A stretch of 62,792 nucleotides of DNA, the filler included, from Asterionella formosa (lineage: Eukaryota), in NCBI GenBank assembly GCA_002256025.1. It is 5 parts of 5 records of this genome, joined end to end, with 100 filler letters (N's around TTAATTAATTAA, not from the genome) between each part and the next. Parts side by side here need not be neighbours in the genome. Positions count along the whole stretch, not along the records: positions 41,505 to 61,454 come from NKIB01003485.1; positions 61,555 to 62,792 come from NKIB01003486.1; 3 more parts are not named here. One strand, written 5' to 3'. The notes beneath the pieces are model-generated. The model was not told the DNA's origin, made no database searches, and worked only from the letters and a program-made list of their open reading frames with translations. The position numbers and the translations under genes were made by a program. Positions 59,451 through 62,792 of this stretch are shown here, one piece after another. Positions within the stretch are counted from its first letter, which is position 1; each line of letters begins with the position of its first letter.

Positions 59451-61554
59451 GAGGAAGTCAGCAAAATAAGCAGTACAAATTTAGGACGGGAAGCACCAGC
59501 CACAAATCGAGGTGCTACACGAATGGATCCACCGTGGCGACGGGCGCAATGATGGCTTGTCACAGGAATGGAAACCGACAGCGGTATCAGAATGGAGCGG
59601 AGTCGAGTCACACCCGAATGAATTTATGACAACGTTTNNNNNNNNNNNNNNNNNNNNNNNNNNNNNNNNNNNNNNNNNNNNNNNNNNNNNNNNNNNNNNN
59701 NNNNNNNNNNNNNNNNNNNNNNNNNNNNNNNNNNNNNNNNNNNNNNNNNNNNNNNNNNNNNNNNNNNNNNNNNNNNNNNNNNNNNNNNNNNNNNNNNNNN
59801 NNNNNNNNNNNNNNNNNNNNNNNNNNNNNNNNNNNNNNNNNNNNNNNNNNNNNNNNNNNNNNNNNNNNNNNNNNNNNNNNNNNNNNNNNNNNNNNNNNNN
59901 NNNNNNNNNNNNNNNNNNNNNNNNNNNNNNNNNNNNNNNNNNNNNNNNNNNNNNNNNNNNNNNNNNNNNNNNNNNNNNNNNNNNNNNNNNNNNNNNNNNN
60001 NNNNNNNNNNNNNNNNNNNNNNNNNNNNNNNNNNNNNNNNNNNNNNNNNNNNNNNNNNNNNNNNNNNNNNNNNNNNNNNNNNNNNNNNNNNNNNNNNNNN
60101 NNNNNNNNNNNNNNNNNNNNNNNNNNNNNNNNNNNNNNNNNNNNNNNNNNNNNNNNNNNNNNNNNNNNNNNNNNNNNNNNNNNNNNNNNNNNNNNNNNNN
60201 NNNNNNNNNNNNNNNNNNNNNNNNNNNNNNNNTACATGCATCTGTAATCTCACTGTTGTCATCATTGCATTCATTCATGCATGACAAACATGAAATCCAA
60301 GTCCATTGCACAGCAATGGACTTTCCACTACTATATGACCTTATTTGAGACATTCCTCTACAGTTTCAATTTCAGCTTGCCCACTATCAAGTTCAAGAGT
60401 GAGAAACCATTGGTCATGTTGGCATGGATCTGCATCCCCCACACAAAATAGTTCATATGTAAACCAAATTGTGTCATCCTGTGCCGCTTCCTGTGTTTAC
60501 TACTAGTGCTACTCATGGTGGAAAGGAGGATATTTGAAGTGGCGCAGGAGGATGTTCTGTTGTTGAGTAAAGCAACAGAATAAAAAATTTTAGTCGTACC
60601 TCTCAACCAATGCCTATATATTTTATTTTATGTAACTCCTTTCTAATTTTGGAAAAATCGGCCATTAAGATACCCCTCAAGCACAATGTAGCATGAGAAA
60701 GCCACTAGTAATGTTAAATCAACCAGCTGATCAACAATGGTGGTGCTTTTGATTGCATTGGTGTACTAAGAATGAACAGGTAAAATGATAACAAACTATT
60801 GGAAGTAATGATTAGATACTATCATACGTTTTGAGGCGCTTTGATGATCTGATGGATCTGTAGGCCATTTGCTTGGCAATTTGCATGCAATGGCATCTCC
60901 AAAAATTGATCTTGATCTCTGAACAATCCATCTGCGAATCGCAATTTGCCACACCTGAATTACTACACCAGTCCATTGAAATACCCATTTGTTGCTCCCC
61001 CTGTCGTTGCTGCTCAGTTGATTGTAATGTTTCTTGAACTCTCTGCCAACTGGTTCCTTGTCTGATTGCCAATGTCTGCCTTGTGGAATGTTTCTTGGAC
61101 TTTCACTATGCCTGTTTTCTTGCAAGTCAACCTGTTCCTTGTATTTATACATGGAATTGATTTACACTATATGTAATAGCGTACAAGAAATATCTATCAA
61201 AAAATCAGTGATTTTCGATCACAAGTACAGCCATAGCTCCAACCATTCATGTCTATTAGTATGAAATGCATGTGGATCATACTCGCCTATTGAGCAAGAA
61301 TAGATGCATTGGCTGGAATGCAACGCATACGCTTGCAATCCTTTCCTCTTGGCATTGTAAGATTATGTAGCCTATCCCAGTCATAGTCCAGTGGAGGGTG
61401 ATAAATTACACTTTTGTGTGGTCGAAAGTGTGATTCCATTCCAAAGACCTTGGANNNNNNNNNNNNNNNNNNNNNNNNNNNNNNNNNNNNNNNNNNNNTT
61501 AATTAATTAANNNNNNNNNNNNNNNNNNNNNNNNNNNNNNNNNNNNNNNNNNNN

Positions 61555-62725
61555 CACAAGCTCAATCATGACCATGCCAAATGAGTAAACATCACATGAT
61601 GCTTCAAATGTCTTTCTCCCATGAGAATACCATGGACATATGTAGCCAGGTGTCCCAAAGATTGCACTACCTGATGTGTTTCGAACTGAAAAAGGAATTC
61701 CACTGATTGAACTGGAGTCATTCACAGGCACAAACTTGGCTAGACCACAATCAATCAGTTTGGCAGTATAGATTCGTTCAAGACAGATATTAGCTGACTT
61801 TATGTCGCGATGAAACAGAATGTGGTTGTCCTTTGTATCAGTATGAAGGCAGTGGATGGCACGAATAATGTCAAACATGATTCGAAGTCGTCTCTCACTT
61901 GAGAGACTTGCCATGCTTTGTTCACTTGCATGAAATGTATCAAGCGAACCCCTGGATGCAAACTCATACACCAGGTATTGAGAAGGCGAACCAGGGGACA
62001 AATGATAGCCATACAAAGATACAATATGGGGGTGTCGGAACCTCCTTAATGCCTGAAATAGTAAAAGAGAAGAATGAGAAACATAAAGAATTGAAATGAC
62101 ATCCAATAGATGATACCACACATGAGCTCACCTCCAATTCAATTTTGAAAGTTTTGCTAACTTCCTGCACTAAATCGTTCTCAACAGCGATATTGAAAAG
62201 AATGCGTTTAACAGCAAAATACCGATTGTCATCCTTGCCTTTGTAGACAGCACCAAAACCGCCTTCACCAAGTTTGAAGGCATCATCAAAGTTGTTTGTA
62301 CAATAAGTAATGAATTCCACAGGAAGCTCGATTGGTCTTGAATTCACATTTTCCATGGCCTCCTTCATTTTCGACCGGCCTATGGAAATTGGATCAGTGG
62401 GATTGTTATTGCTTGGTGTTGGAGTGGCTGGGGAAGAAGATTGTGCTGCATTTGTTGTCGTTGTTGATGGTGAATGATGAGTTGTGTTGGCTGCTGTTGG
62501 TTTGCGGTTCTTGTTTGTATCAACCAGTTTTTGAATATCATTTAGTAAATTATTACCAATTGAATTATGATCAACATCAAGTTTAGTCAAGACAGTATTG
62601 ACCTTGAGAGCCTCTGCAATGGCCTTGGCTCCGTCAACACCAATTGAATTACTTCCGAGATTAAGTGTAGTCAAACGTGGATCATTCGCTTTCAACCGTT
62701 TGACATCTTCTTCCCATCTAGGCAT
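61555..62725 (-). CDS. RNI-type LRR fused to an IRAK/Pelle/RLK-like Ser/Thr kinase (intron ~62131-62053; 3' end lost in gap)
   Basis: RLKANDPRLTTLNLGSNSIGVDGAKAIAEALKVNTVLTKLDV..NSIG, an S/T/P linker, then CTNNFDD..KLGEGGFGAVYKG, AVKR, FKIELE/AL.RFRHP.IV.LYG, LVYEF...GSL, HRDIKSANI, DCGLAK, GTPGY and DVYSFG. Confidence 0.85.
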
Positions 62726-62792
62726 TGTCAATGTCGTTGTCTTGAATGTAATGGAAGTTGTTTATTGACGAGCGACTTTTTTCTTGTTCGAG

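Overview
This is eukaryotic nuclear DNA from a gapped draft assembly. It is most likely a diatom or other photosynthetic stramenopile (inference from compact genes with short GT-AG introns and bipartite signal-peptide + F plastid presequences). About 15 host genes are readable: an OSCA/TMEM63-like channel, a class I sirtuin, NOL6/Utp22, TIM17, a TPR co-chaperone, a PHO84-like transporter, TBCA, a His-rich putative regulator, a GRK-type RGS-kinase, RadA/Sms, a 4-TM protein, a plastid histidine-phosphatase-like protein, a DUF2431 methyltransferase with Zn fingers, HEATR5/Laa1, a kinesin-light-chain-like TPR protein and a partial LRR-kinase. The most unusual content is non-coding. (1) A ~2 kb repeat family is present three times and begins with a 130-200 nt fold-back. 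Its stem is interrupted at intervals by facing YGAR/YGAR (tandem G.A) motifs, it can end in a T-shaped two-arm tip, and the tip is inverted between copies (flip/flop). (2) An 88-bp MITE is present six times, with 20-bp TIRs and a CWG target duplication. Its best copy sits in the centre of GTACCWGGTAC. (3) Dense (GGTACCW)n palindromic arrays fill intergenic and divergent-promoter regions. A Harbinger/PIF transposase is also present. All alignments, folds and splice models were done by eye; nothing was searched or computed.
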